IMG/VR virus record: IMGVR_UViG_3300007177_000352
Span: 1-64,000 of that record
DNA length: 64,000 nucleotides
Direction: 5' to 3' (one strand)
DNA from: a virus
Taxonomy: Duplodnaviria > Caudoviricetes
Shown: in pieces, positions 37,474 to 46,919 of the stretch
Position numbering within the stretch: position 1 is the stretch's first letter
Layout of the letters: every line of letters starts with the position of its first letter
The notes under the pieces: generated by a model
Database searches by the model: none
Told to the model about the DNA's origin: nothing
Seen by the model: only the letters and a program-made list of their open reading frames with translations
Position numbers and translations under genes: made by a program

Positions 37474-38637
37474 ATGAATTTAGAATTAACTAAAAAAGAG
37501 CTTCTTTCCCCTCTAAAGACCGCAGCTTCCGTTATAGAAGACCGCCGGGCCGGCATGACAGTACTCGGTAATATTCTTTTGCAGGCCGACGGCAAACAAC
37601 TAAACTTAACGGGCGGTGATGGCGACATTGAGGTGACTTGCAACCTCCCTATTGAGACCAGCGCCACCTTTGCCATCACTGTTCCTAAAAAGCTATTAGA
37701 CATTACACGGTCGGTGAATGACGGCGGTGACTTGCATATTTCAGATAAAGACGATAAGCTAATTATAAAGTCTGGCAAAAGCCGCTTTACCTTGGCCACC
37801 TTGCCTGCCGACAATTACCCAGCCAGCCCGGTGTTAGAGGTCAATAAACAACTGACTCTCCCTCAATCGGAATTGAAGTCACTGATAAAACAATGTGCAT
37901 TTTGCATAGCCTCCAACGACATACGCTATTATCTAAACGGCGCGTTATTAGAAATAAATGATGGCGAAGCATACATGGTTGCCACCGACGGCCACCGTAT
38001 GGCAGTGACACCATTGGAATTGTTAGTCAGTCCAGTGGCGACCGCTGTGCCTACGAAAAAAACTAAGAAGTCTGCGGCTACCGAGGCCACCGATTCGGAT
38101 AATGCTAAAATCATTATCCCCCGTAAAGCCATCTATGAGTTACTCAAGTTACTCGGTGATGACGGGGACGTGCAAATAAGCTACACTGATAGTCACGTCC
38201 AATTTATTCTAGGGGACTCGCTTCGTTTAACGAGTAAGCTAATTGACGGGCAGTTCCCCGACTGGCGAAGCGTAATTCCCGCCAATGCAACTAACATTGC
38301 CCGTGTGTCTAAGGCCGACCTCTATTCAGCCATAGGCCGTGTAACTCTACTCTCTAACGAGAAATACAAAGGAGTGCGACTGACACTCTCTAAAGACCTC
38401 TTGACGGTTAATGCGAAAAATCCTAATCAAGAGGAGGCGACGGAAGAATTAGAGGTGATATATGAAGGCGAGCCTCTTGAAATTGGCTTTAACGGCGCCT
38501 ATCTACTAGAATCAATAGCGGCTGTGAATACCGCTGATGTGCAACTGGCATTCACAGATAGTAACTCCTCTGTGGTGATTACTCAAAATGAAGACGAGGC
38601 AGAAGGCAAGTGGATTATTATGCCAATGAGGTTGTAG
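37474..38637 (+). CDS. dnaN: DNA polymerase III beta sliding clamp
   Basis: LGNILLQA, DIRYYLNGALLE, VATDGHRMA, IIPRKA, SKLIDGQFPDWRSVIP, LSNEKYKGVRL, NPNQEEA, IGFNGAYL, IIMPMRL; start moved to ATG 37474 because the ORF-track TTG is the -35 box. Confidence 0.95.
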   Translation: MNLELTKKELLSPLKTAASVIEDRRAGMTVLGNILLQADGKQLNLTGGDGDIEVTCNLPIETSATFAITVPKKLLDITRSVNDGGDLHISDKDDKLIIKSGKSRFTLATLPADNYPASPVLEVNKQLTLPQSELKSLIKQCAFCIASNDIRYYLNGALLEINDGEAYMVATDGHRMAVTPLELLVSPVATAVPTKKTKKSAATEATDSDNAKIIIPRKAIYELLKLLGDDGDVQISYTDSHVQFILGDSLRLTSKLIDGQFPDWRSVIPANATNIARVSKADLYSAIGRVTLLSNEKYKGVRLTLSKDLLTVNAKNPNQEEATEELEVIYEGEPLEIGFNGAYLLESIAAVNTADVQLAFTDSNSSVVITQNEDEAEGKWIIMPMRL

Positions 38638-38746
38638 AGTAGTTAGGTTAGAATGGTGAGGATAAGTAACGGCAGGGACGCCTAATAAACATTGATTATT
38701 TATAATGAATAATCACTATAAACATTAAGAAATTAAAGGTGAATAT

Positions 38747-39103
38747 ATGGGTAACAGAGCACAATACACTAAAGAAGAGATAAAGGAACGTATTGAAGGC
38801 ACTTTTGGAATAGTTGCGCAATTAGCTAAGAAACTAGACGTATCCTGTGTCACGGTCTATAATTACCTAAACCAATATCCTGAGTTAAGGGACGACTTAA
38901 AACAAGAGCGTGAACGTACTAAAGATTATGTAGAAATAGAGTTCATTCGCCTGATAAAAGAAGGTAATACCAAAGCCATTTTACAGGCAGCTAAGACGCT
39001 ATTAAAGGACCGTGGCTATGGCTACACTTTTGAACAGGCCAGTACGCAACCTAACAACCACCTCTTAGACCTCCTTTCTGAAAGAATTGAACAAGGTAGC
39101 TAG
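38747..39103 (+). CDS. terminase small subunit-like HTH protein
   Basis: GIVAQLAKKLDVSCVTVYNYL HTH; IKEGNTKAI...KDRGY; first gene of operon ending in TerL. Confidence 0.7.
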   Translation: MGNRAQYTKEEIKERIEGTFGIVAQLAKKLDVSCVTVYNYLNQYPELRDDLKQERERTKDYVEIEFIRLIKEGNTKAILQAAKTLLKDRGYGYTFEQASTQPNNHLLDLLSERIEQGS

Positions 39104-39109
39104 TTTATT

Positions 39110-39901
39110 ATGCCTAAATACAATCAAGATAAACGCAATGCTAATCGCGGTACTGAGAGAGGACGTGAGTTACTCAAACAGTCCTTATCACGTCTCGGTC
39201 CTGGTCGTTCAATATTAGTGGATAAACACGGTACGGCTATAGCAGGCAATAAGACCTTAGCAGAAGCTACCTCTCAAGGTATCCCGACTGTGGAAGTGGA
39301 GACCGATGGTAAGACCTTAGTGGTAGTGAAAAGGACGGACTTAGATTTGGATACCGACATCAAGGCACGGGAGTTAGCTTTTGCCGATAACCGCGTGGCG
39401 GAACTTGATTTGGATTGGGATACGGAGGTTTTGAAGACTGACTTGGAGGTGCTTGATACTGACTTTCTTAACAACCTCTGGACGCCGGAGGATTTTTCAT
39501 TGGCAAATGATGAGGATAAGATGACAGGTGAAGAAGACGACCAATCCAATTACAGTCGTTCAGTCAAGTCACCCACCTATGTAGTCACTGGTGAAAAACC
39601 AAAATTAACTGACCTCTTTGATAACTCAGTAACGACGCGACTGATTAGCAACATCAATCAATCCAACCTCCCAGAGGACGAAAAGGAGTTTCTAAGAATA
39701 GCCGCGCAACGCCATACGGTATTGCATTTTGGAAACATAGCCGAGTATTATGCCCATGCCAACGAGGAGCTACAGACACTTATGGAGGATAATGCACTCG
39801 TCATTATTGACTTTAATAAAGCGATTGAGTTAGGTCTCGTTAAGATAACTAAGCAGATAGCCGAGATAACTAAAGAGGAATATGGTGATGACGACGTATA
39901 A
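39110..39901 (+). CDS. ParB-N-like domain fused to the conserved partner domain of phage glycosyltransferase loci
   Basis: GRSILVDK...IAGNKT, FADNRVAEL; C-terminal SPTY..TGEKP...AAQRH...IAEYYAHA...ALVIIDFNKAI. Confidence 0.75.
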   Translation: MPKYNQDKRNANRGTERGRELLKQSLSRLGPGRSILVDKHGTAIAGNKTLAEATSQGIPTVEVETDGKTLVVVKRTDLDLDTDIKARELAFADNRVAELDLDWDTEVLKTDLEVLDTDFLNNLWTPEDFSLANDEDKMTGEEDDQSNYSRSVKSPTYVVTGEKPKLTDLFDNSVTTRLISNINQSNLPEDEKEFLRIAAQRHTVLHFGNIAEYYAHANEELQTLMEDNALVIIDFNKAIELGLVKITKQIAEITKEEYGDDDV

Positions 39902-40760
39902 ATTCGCGGTGTTTATTCTCGTCCACGGACGACCTGATAGAGTGGTTACTTACCACACCTTAAAGAAGCAAGGCTACACTGGTGACATTTACTTGATTGC
40001 CGATAATGAGGATAAAACCGTCCCGCAGTATAAGGAAAAATTTGGGGAGGATAAAATCATTATCTTTGATAAGTTAGCGATGGCGCAACGGATTGATACT
40101 GGTGATAACTCTCAAGAAAGACGAGCCGCCGTCTTCGCACGGAATGCCTGCTTTGATATTGCAAGAAACTTAGGGATTGATTATTTTCTTCAATTGGATG
40201 ATGACTATAATGGATTTTATTATACTTTTACAGGCGACCTAAAGTATCATCAAAAACCGGTTAAATATAGCCTTGATAGGTTATTCCAATCAGTTTTGGA
40301 ATATTACATTAGTATAGATGCACTTACTATTGCTTTTGCCCAAGGTGGTGATTTAATCGGAGGTAAAAACAATAACATGATGGGTGCTATTAAAATTAAG
40401 CGTAAAGCTATGAATACTTTCTTTTGTAGTATTCATCGTCCTTTTGAGTTCACCATGCGCGTCAATGATGATGTTAATGCTTATATCCGTTATGGCAACC
40501 GTGGTAAGCTAATATTTACTCTTTATAATTTAATTATAAAACAACCAGCCACCCAAAAAGTTAAAGGTGGCATGACGGAACTTTACCAAAATGAGGGGAC
40601 TTATCCAAAATCTTTCTCTACCGTAATGATTGCGCCATCTTGTACCAAAATTGCAATGATGGGTGATAAGCATCCTCGTATTCACCATCAAATCAACTGG
40701 GGTAACGCCGTCCCCTGCATTCTTGACGAAAAGTACAGAAAACGAAGCCACCATGCCTAA
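39882..40760 (+). CDS. GREB1/TAGT-like (GT-A fold) glycosyltransferase
   Basis: VFILVHGRPD, ARNACF, FLQLDDDY (DxD), RVNDDVN, YPKSF...PS, RIHHQINW; alternative start 39888. Confidence 0.7.
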   Translation: MVMTTYKFAVFILVHGRPDRVVTYHTLKKQGYTGDIYLIADNEDKTVPQYKEKFGEDKIIIFDKLAMAQRIDTGDNSQERRAAVFARNACFDIARNLGIDYFLQLDDDYNGFYYTFTGDLKYHQKPVKYSLDRLFQSVLEYYISIDALTIAFAQGGDLIGGKNNNMMGAIKIKRKAMNTFFCSIHRPFEFTMRVNDDVNAYIRYGNRGKLIFTLYNLIIKQPATQKVKGGMTELYQNEGTYPKSFSTVMIAPSCTKIAMMGDKHPRIHHQINWGNAVPCILDEKYRKRSHHA

Positions 40761-41361
40761 ATACAATCAAGATAAACGCAATGCTAATCGCGGTACTGAG
40801 AGAGGACGTGAGTTACTCAAACAGTCCTTATCACGTCTCGGTCCTGGTCGTTCAATATTAGTGGATAAACACGGTACGGCTATAGCAGGCAATAAGACCT
40901 TAGCGGAAGCTACCTCTCAAGGTATCCCAACGGTGGAAGTAGAGACAGATGGTAAGACCTTAGTGGTAGTGAAAAGGACGGACTTAGATTTAGAGACCGA
41001 CATCAAGGCACGGGAGTTAGCTTTTGCCGATAACCGCGTGGCGGAACTTGATTTGGATTGGGATACGGAGGTTTTGAAGACTGATTTGGAGGTTCTTGAT
41101 ACTGACTTTCTTAACGAAATGTTTAAGATTGATGTTATTGGTGATACAACATCAAATTTACCTACAGCAGACTTTACCAATTGGAAAGCTATACAACAAC
41201 AGTCTTTAACAAAAAGAGTTTTAATTGGTGAGATTGAATTTGGAATAAGTGAAGAGCAGTATAACTCTTTCCTAGAGTTACTTGAAGTTAAACTAAAGAC
41301 AATTAATAGCCAAAGGTTGGCAGCACAAGAGGTATTTAATGATGCGTTTTGCAGTGATTGA
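40753..41361 (+). CDS. ParB-N-like protein, copy 2, with distinct C-terminal domain
   Basis: first 121 aa nearly identical to 39110 protein; start at ATG 40753. Confidence 0.8.
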   Translation: MPKYNQDKRNANRGTERGRELLKQSLSRLGPGRSILVDKHGTAIAGNKTLAEATSQGIPTVEVETDGKTLVVVKRTDLDLETDIKARELAFADNRVAELDLDWDTEVLKTDLEVLDTDFLNEMFKIDVIGDTTSNLPTADFTNWKAIQQQSLTKRVLIGEIEFGISEEQYNSFLELLEVKLKTINSQRLAAQEVFNDAFCSD

Positions 41362-42637
41362 TGCACTAGGTAAAGATATTGACCCTCGATTTGATGGCAT
41401 GGCTGTTAAATATTTAAATTGGGAACTTAATAGATTAGGTGCTAATGTTGTTAAACTACCGCAATTAGCAGATATTATATTAATCAGTACAGTATCTGCT
41501 GGTGAGTGGCATGTTGTTCCATCGTGTATAAAAAAGCATAGTATTGATAGACTGAGGCAAAAAATCATACTGGGTGGTCAAGCATCATTATCTCCAAAAG
41601 TTTTTGAAGATTATGTTGATATTATATGTGTTGGCGAAGGTCGAGTTTTTTTAGAGACATTGGTGAAGCAAGGGTTTGATACAGCAAGAAATTTACCAAA
41701 TAGTTGGGTTAAGGGTGATACAAGAGAGGTAATTCCTGATTATAATTTTCCTTATGATATTCCTCCAATTAAATGTATGGATGGTTTAACTAGGATATTT
41801 GCATCTCGCGGGTGCAGGAAAAAATGTTTATTTTGTCAAGTAGGCTGGGAACGTGAATATTCTGAAAATAGTTTTGAAAACGTATCATCTTTAGATAAAG
41901 AGTTATCTATGGTTGGTCATCGTGTCAATTATGTAAGCAATGATTTATGTGGTTTAAGCTATTTTGATAAAATAAATCATTACCGGCACTTTTCAGGAAG
42001 TTTTAATCATCTTAAAACCGTTATTGAAACTATTGGGATGAAAAAAATAGTTCAAAAACTAGGTACTATGTATGGTTCAATTCGTATTGGTGTTGAATCA
42101 GTAAGCGAACGATTGAGGAGGTTTATAGGCAAACCGATTAATAGTAGAGACTTATTAGATATTACATGCAACTTCCTTAATGCCGGTATTAAGTTTAAAT
42201 GGTTTATGATTTGTGGATTACCTGGTGAGACTGATGATGATTATGAAGAATTAAAAATGTATATTAGTTACATAAAAAAGAACGTAAATAAAGGTATGTT
42301 ACACATAAGTTTTACATCTTTTTTGCCCAATTCACCCTGTCCTCTTTGCATTCCACCATTAGAAGACTCTTATCAAGATAGAGTAAATAGTTTCTATGAT
42401 TGGTTTTTTGATGGTGCCGGCTATACTAGAAAGGTAAGAATATTAAAAGGATGTGAACCAAAATCCAGATTATTACAGTCAATAGGATATATGGGTTGTT
42501 CTGAAGATGATTTGCGTAGAGGTTGGCTATATGATGACCCACCTAACTGGCGTGTTAGGTATACCTACCGTGACAAAATACGCCGTGCCTATAACGTTTA
42601 TGCCAAAAAAGTTGGACTACCTATAGGGAAAGATTAA
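41339..42637 (+). CDS. radical SAM protein with N-terminal B12-binding-like domain
   Basis: IILGG...DIICVGEG, SRGCRKKCLFC (CxxxCxxC), IGVES, FMICGLPGETDDD. Confidence 0.85.
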   Translation: MMRFAVIDALGKDIDPRFDGMAVKYLNWELNRLGANVVKLPQLADIILISTVSAGEWHVVPSCIKKHSIDRLRQKIILGGQASLSPKVFEDYVDIICVGEGRVFLETLVKQGFDTARNLPNSWVKGDTREVIPDYNFPYDIPPIKCMDGLTRIFASRGCRKKCLFCQVGWEREYSENSFENVSSLDKELSMVGHRVNYVSNDLCGLSYFDKINHYRHFSGSFNHLKTVIETIGMKKIVQKLGTMYGSIRIGVESVSERLRRFIGKPINSRDLLDITCNFLNAGIKFKWFMICGLPGETDDDYEELKMYISYIKKNVNKGMLHISFTSFLPNSPCPLCIPPLEDSYQDRVNSFYDWFFDGAGYTRKVRILKGCEPKSRLLQSIGYMGCSEDDLRRGWLYDDPPNWRVRYTYRDKIRRAYNVYAKKVGLPIGKD

Positions 42638-43167
42638 TGCCCAAACTAACCGATTACACACCTGACCATCATAATGCGAACCTTGGTACCGACAGGGGCC
42701 GTAAAGAGCTTGCTAAATCTGTTAAACAACTTGGTTTAGGTCGGTCAATCCTGACGGATAAAGACGGACGTATTATCGCTGGCAACAAGACTTATGAAGC
42801 GGCGGTTCAAGAGGGTATTTCCAAAGTAGTGGAAGTGGAGACCGACGGTGATACCCTAGTTGTCGTCAAGCGAAATGACCTGGATTTAAATGAGCACATC
42901 AAAGCGCGTGTCCTTGCCCATGCAGACAATAAGATTGGACAGGATAACTTGAACTTTGACTTAGCTATCGTCAAGGCCGACCTAGAATTACTGCAAAGCG
43001 ATTTTCTGGACGAGCTTTGGACGCCAGATGACCTTGGGGAATTATTTGAGGAGGATAATGTCAATCATATTGACCCGCAGCAAATGCACACCAAAGAAAT
43101 TAATCCAAATGAATTTGAATTTGAATGCCGTTGCCCAAAGTGTGGCTTTGAATTTAATCCCAAATGA
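42637..43167 (+). CDS. ParB-N-like protein, copy 3, with C-terminal CPKC
   Basis: NANLGTDRG, GRSILTDK...IAGNKT, HADNK; ends CRCPKCGFEF. Confidence 0.8.
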   Translation: MPKLTDYTPDHHNANLGTDRGRKELAKSVKQLGLGRSILTDKDGRIIAGNKTYEAAVQEGISKVVEVETDGDTLVVVKRNDLDLNEHIKARVLAHADNKIGQDNLNFDLAIVKADLELLQSDFLDELWTPDDLGELFEEDNVNHIDPQQMHTKEINPNEFEFECRCPKCGFEFNPK

Positions 43168-44201
43168 ACAAACATGCTTGGTTTCTCACTGACTTAAAAA
43201 CTATACCATCCAACGGTTTAAAAGTGATGTCAACTTTTGCTTGTGGTGGCGGGTCATCTATGGGTTATAAATTAGCTGGGTGTGAGGTGATAGCGGCTAA
43301 CGATATTGATGCAGAAATGGCTTATCATTACAAATTAAATCTACATCCACAATATTATTTCTTATGCCCAATTCGTGACTTATTGACCAAACAATTACCT
43401 AAAGAATTGTTTAACTTAGATATATTAGACGGCAGTCCACCTTGTTCAACTTTTAGCATGTCTGGTAAACGAGAAAAAGTATGGGGGAAAAATAAACGCT
43501 TTAGAGAAGGTCAAGCTAAACAGGTTTTATCTGATTTATTTTTTGACTATCTTGACTTAGCTGAATATCTAAAACCTAAAGTAGTTATAGCAGAAAACGT
43601 CAAAGGACTGATTTTGGGCAATGCCAAAGGTTATGCAAAGTTGATAATGATGCGGTTTAAAGAAATAGGCTATAAACCTCAGTTATTTTTAGTCAATGCG
43701 GCGGATTGCGGTGTTCCTCAAACTAGAGAAAGGGTCTTTTTTTGCGCATTAAGAAATGATATTAATATGCCCCCCTTAGAACTATCTCCTACTTGTAAAT
43801 GGGTAAGCGTTGGTGAAGCAACTAGCGATTTACAGGTTTTGACCGATAATGAAATACGCAATACACAAGCAAGTCCAATGGATTTAAAATATTGGAAACT
43901 CGTAAAAAAAGGACAAGTTTATAATACATTTATAAAAAAACATGAAAAAAGAATATGTGGCTTTAATTATTGTAAATTAGATGATGCAAAACCAAGCCGC
44001 ACAATGTCGGCACATCCCTCCTCACTTAAACATTGGTCAACTTGTCGTAATTTAACTTACCGTGAATGGAAAAGAGTAGGTTCTTTTCCAGATGATTATC
44101 AAGCCAAAAATGATAATATTGGTAAATATATGATAGGTATGTCCGTACCGCCATTAATGACCAAAGCGGTGGCTGATGCTGTCATAAAACAGTGGCTTTG
44201 A
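43164..44201 (+). CDS. C5-cytosine DNA methyltransferase
   Basis: motif I FACGGG, IV GSPPC, VI ENVKG, VIII PQTRERVFF, X GMSVPP. Confidence 0.92.
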   Translation: MNKHAWFLTDLKTIPSNGLKVMSTFACGGGSSMGYKLAGCEVIAANDIDAEMAYHYKLNLHPQYYFLCPIRDLLTKQLPKELFNLDILDGSPPCSTFSMSGKREKVWGKNKRFREGQAKQVLSDLFFDYLDLAEYLKPKVVIAENVKGLILGNAKGYAKLIMMRFKEIGYKPQLFLVNAADCGVPQTRERVFFCALRNDINMPPLELSPTCKWVSVGEATSDLQVLTDNEIRNTQASPMDLKYWKLVKKGQVYNTFIKKHEKRICGFNYCKLDDAKPSRTMSAHPSSLKHWSTCRNLTYREWKRVGSFPDDYQAKNDNIGKYMIGMSVPPLMTKAVADAVIKQWL

Positions 44202-44298
44202 AAATCTACCACCCAACGCGGGTAACTCTTAGAGTGGTCTGATGTCCAATCAGCGCCGGCGGTGCAACTCCGACCTACCCGCTCCAATTTTAAATAAC

Positions 44299-45588
44299 AT
44301 GTGGCAAATTCCAACGGCTGGTACAAAACACCATAATTCCATTAAACAAGCCGACGCCAGGTTAAACCTCTGGGTCGGCTCGGTTCGTTCTGGTAAGACC
44401 ATCACCTCCTTATTTACCTTGATTAACTGGATAATAAAAAAGGAGTCGCCACCCGGTCCCATCGTCATCACTGGCAACACCAGCGACACTACCAATCGCA
44501 ACGTCCTCCTCCCCTTAATGGAATATCTAGGAGGCGAACCATTCTGTGATTTTTCCATAGGTCGTCGCACTGGCACCCTCTTTAATCGCACGGTCCACAT
44601 CGTCTCCGGCAATGACGAGTCTAGTTACAAACGCCTCCAAGGCGCCACCTTCGCTGGTGCCTACTGTGACGAAATCACCACCTATCCAAAATCATTCTGG
44701 TTAATGCTACTCAGTCGCCTTTCCTTAAAAGGGTCGCGGCTCTTTGGCACCACTAACCCGGACGTCCCGACCCACTGGCTAAAGACTGACTTCATAGACA
44801 ACCCAGAAATCACTAATAAACGAGTCTTCCAATTCAGTCTCCATGATAATCCGTACCTTGACCCGGACTATATCCACTCCTTAGAAACAGAATACTCCGG
44901 CGTCTGGAAAAAGCGATACATTGACGGTCTATGGGTAGCTGGTAGCGGGGCGATTTACGATTGCTTTGGAGAGGGCAACATCATAGCTAACAGCAAACAG
45001 TATCTAAACCGTTGCCAACGGGTGTGGGCGGGGTGTGACTACGGTACGGTCAACGCACTGGCTTTTGGAATCTATGGATTAGACTATGATGGCGTTACCA
45101 TCTATAAGTTTGCAGAATACTACTATGATTCCAAAGTCGCTGGAGTCCAAAAAAGTGACAGTGAGTACGTCCTAGACATTCAGTCCTTTTTAGCTACCCA
45201 CTTAGGTGGGCGACCCTTGACTGGTTTATATGTTGACCCGTCGGCGGCTTCTTTTATAGTGTCCCTGCGTAAAGCTGGCTTACCAGTGATAGCGGCCAAT
45301 AACTCGGTGCTAGAAGGGATTCAACACGTCTATGGATTATTATCCAGGCGACACTATCTCATAGATGCCACTTGTGAAAACACCGTGAAGCAATACTATT
45401 CCTACTCATGGGATAGCAAGGCGTCGGCGCGTGGTAAAGAACAACCTATGAAAGTAGAAGACCACGCTTTGGATTGTGACCGGTATGCTTTGTTTAGCAC
45501 CCGGTCAAGTAGCACCTTGCCTACGGAAGGGATTGTGACTCTCCCGATGCAAGGTCTAAGTGGTGGGATTAAGACGCGGAGGAGGTAG
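44299..45588 (+). CDS. terminase large subunit
   Basis: Walker A GSVRSGKT, Walker B YCDE, GTTNP, nuclease GCDYG, YVDPSAASF, DHALDCDRY; start uncertain (44242 or 44299). Confidence 0.92.
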   Translation: MWQIPTAGTKHHNSIKQADARLNLWVGSVRSGKTITSLFTLINWIIKKESPPGPIVITGNTSDTTNRNVLLPLMEYLGGEPFCDFSIGRRTGTLFNRTVHIVSGNDESSYKRLQGATFAGAYCDEITTYPKSFWLMLLSRLSLKGSRLFGTTNPDVPTHWLKTDFIDNPEITNKRVFQFSLHDNPYLDPDYIHSLETEYSGVWKKRYIDGLWVAGSGAIYDCFGEGNIIANSKQYLNRCQRVWAGCDYGTVNALAFGIYGLDYDGVTIYKFAEYYYDSKVAGVQKSDSEYVLDIQSFLATHLGGRPLTGLYVDPSAASFIVSLRKAGLPVIAANNSVLEGIQHVYGLLSRRHYLIDATCENTVKQYYSYSWDSKASARGKEQPMKVEDHALDCDRYALFSTRSSSTLPTEGIVTLPMQGLSGGIKTRRR

Positions 45589-45945
45589 GTCTCATTTGGA
45601 ATGACTATTTGGATATTACCTCCCCCAATTCCAAGACCCAGCATTCCTTGCCTAGCATTTCTTCGCCACACCATCCCTTGCGTGGGAATCCTTTTCGCAC
45701 TCCTTTCAACTCCATTATAAGACGTGGGGCGTCTTTCCTATAACCATTGATAAATAACACTTGGTCATGCGTGTGCGCAAGACGAGAATCATTAAACGGT
45801 TTTATAGCGCGATATTCTTCTGTTTTCACGCCCGACCGTATTAGGTCAAACCAGCGTCGGTTAATTTGGAGTGTTAGCATATTTTAGTTATATAACACGT
45901 TATGTTGATGCAAGGTCTAGGTGGGATTAGGACGCGGAGGAGGTA
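45546..45945. repeat. ~40-bp imperfect direct repeat flanking the ASCH-like gene
   Basis: GATGCAAGGTCTA(AGT)GGTGGGATTA(A/G)GACGCGGAGGAGGTA at 45546-45587 and 45907-45945. Confidence 0.85.
45605..45880 (-). CDS. ASCH/PUA-like domain protein
   Basis: LTLQINRRWFDLIRSGVKTEEYR, VLFINGY. Confidence 0.7.
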   Translation of the reverse strand: MLTLQINRRWFDLIRSGVKTEEYRAIKPFNDSRLAHTHDQVLFINGYRKDAPRLIMELKGVRKGFPRKGWCGEEMLGKECWVLELGEVISK

Positions 45946-46375
45946 ACTTGCGTTTGTTTATCACATCGCCAGTTCTACTGGCAGTTTCACTTGTGGTTTC
46001 CCAAGGATAAGTAAATATCTGAAATACCACTTCCCCATCGTCCTTGAACAAGTACCCTTCGACCATTTTCCCAGTTGTTTTAATATGGTCAAAATAACTC
46101 TGGTTGACCTCAGCCCAGCCAGTCCAGTCTCGGTCGATATGGCCGATGTGGAGAAAATGTTCATTAGATAAAGTACACGGTGGTCTCTCAGCGAGACCTA
46201 ACCAATCTAGTAATTCCACTGTTCTCAATGAGAGCATTACACCCTTTACTTCAGGATGGATTATGGTTACGTCATCAATATTCGCATAGACCGTCACATC
46301 GTTGCGCATGATTATATCTAGCAGGTCTTCTGCACACCAAATAAATGCCTTCGCTGGCCGTAGTTGTTGAGTCAT
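45917..46375 (-). CDS. hypothetical protein
   Basis: AGAGGAG SD before MTQQL. Confidence 0.55.
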   Translation of the reverse strand: MTQQLRPAKAFIWCAEDLLDIIMRNDVTVYANIDDVTIIHPEVKGVMLSLRTVELLDWLGLAERPPCTLSNEHFLHIGHIDRDWTGWAEVNQSYFDHIKTTGKMVEGYLFKDDGEVVFQIFTYPWETTSETASRTGDVINKRKLPPPRPNPT

Positions 46376-46433
46376 ATTGTTTCTCCTCTTGTTAAGGAGT
46401 CCAAAACTGAGTTTAGACTCCGTGCGGTTGCTA

Positions 46434-46652
46434 TCACCATCCCCGATACAACCTAACACCGATTTTAATCGGTTTCATGCCTTTATCCATAAAGGCCAAT
46501 TCCAAATTCTGAAGCGCAACCCCAATAGCACCAACCTCGGTCACACTAGCGCCAGTTACTTTTGTCTCGTCTCCAGTGAAAGAGATTGTTGCCAAATAGC
46601 AACAATCAGTCTTTTGTACTGAGAGAGTGGGTATCACCATTTCTTTACTCAT
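46434..46652 (-). CDS. small hypothetical protein
   Basis: 72-aa ORF at start of leftward mini-operon. Confidence 0.4.
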   Translation of the reverse strand: MSKEMVIPTLSVQKTDCCYLATISFTGDETKVTGASVTEVGAIGVALQNLELAFMDKGMKPIKIGVRLYRGW

Positions 46653-46919
46653 AATATTTACTCTTTTCGTTAGTTTTCAAAGTCTTTCATACCTTAGATA
46701 CTTCAAATTTGATGCCATATCAAAATATCAACTAGAATCAACTACTTGAGTCGCGTCACAAATCAAGCAATAAAATGTCTATACAAAAAATTGTATAGCG
46801 ATTTTACATAAAGATTGACGATTGCCGAAAAAGTCAGTAAACACGTCACTTTTTTGGTTGGCAAGGATTTTGAATTATATAAAATATCAAAACGAAATAT
46901 AGATAAAAGGAGACTAGTC

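Larger units (their letters stand above)
39110..41115 (+). repeat. 363-bp near-identical direct repeat (39110-39472 and 40753-41115)
   Basis: both copies run ATGCCTAAATACAATCAAG...GACTTTCTTAAC with only scattered substitutions. Confidence 0.95.
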
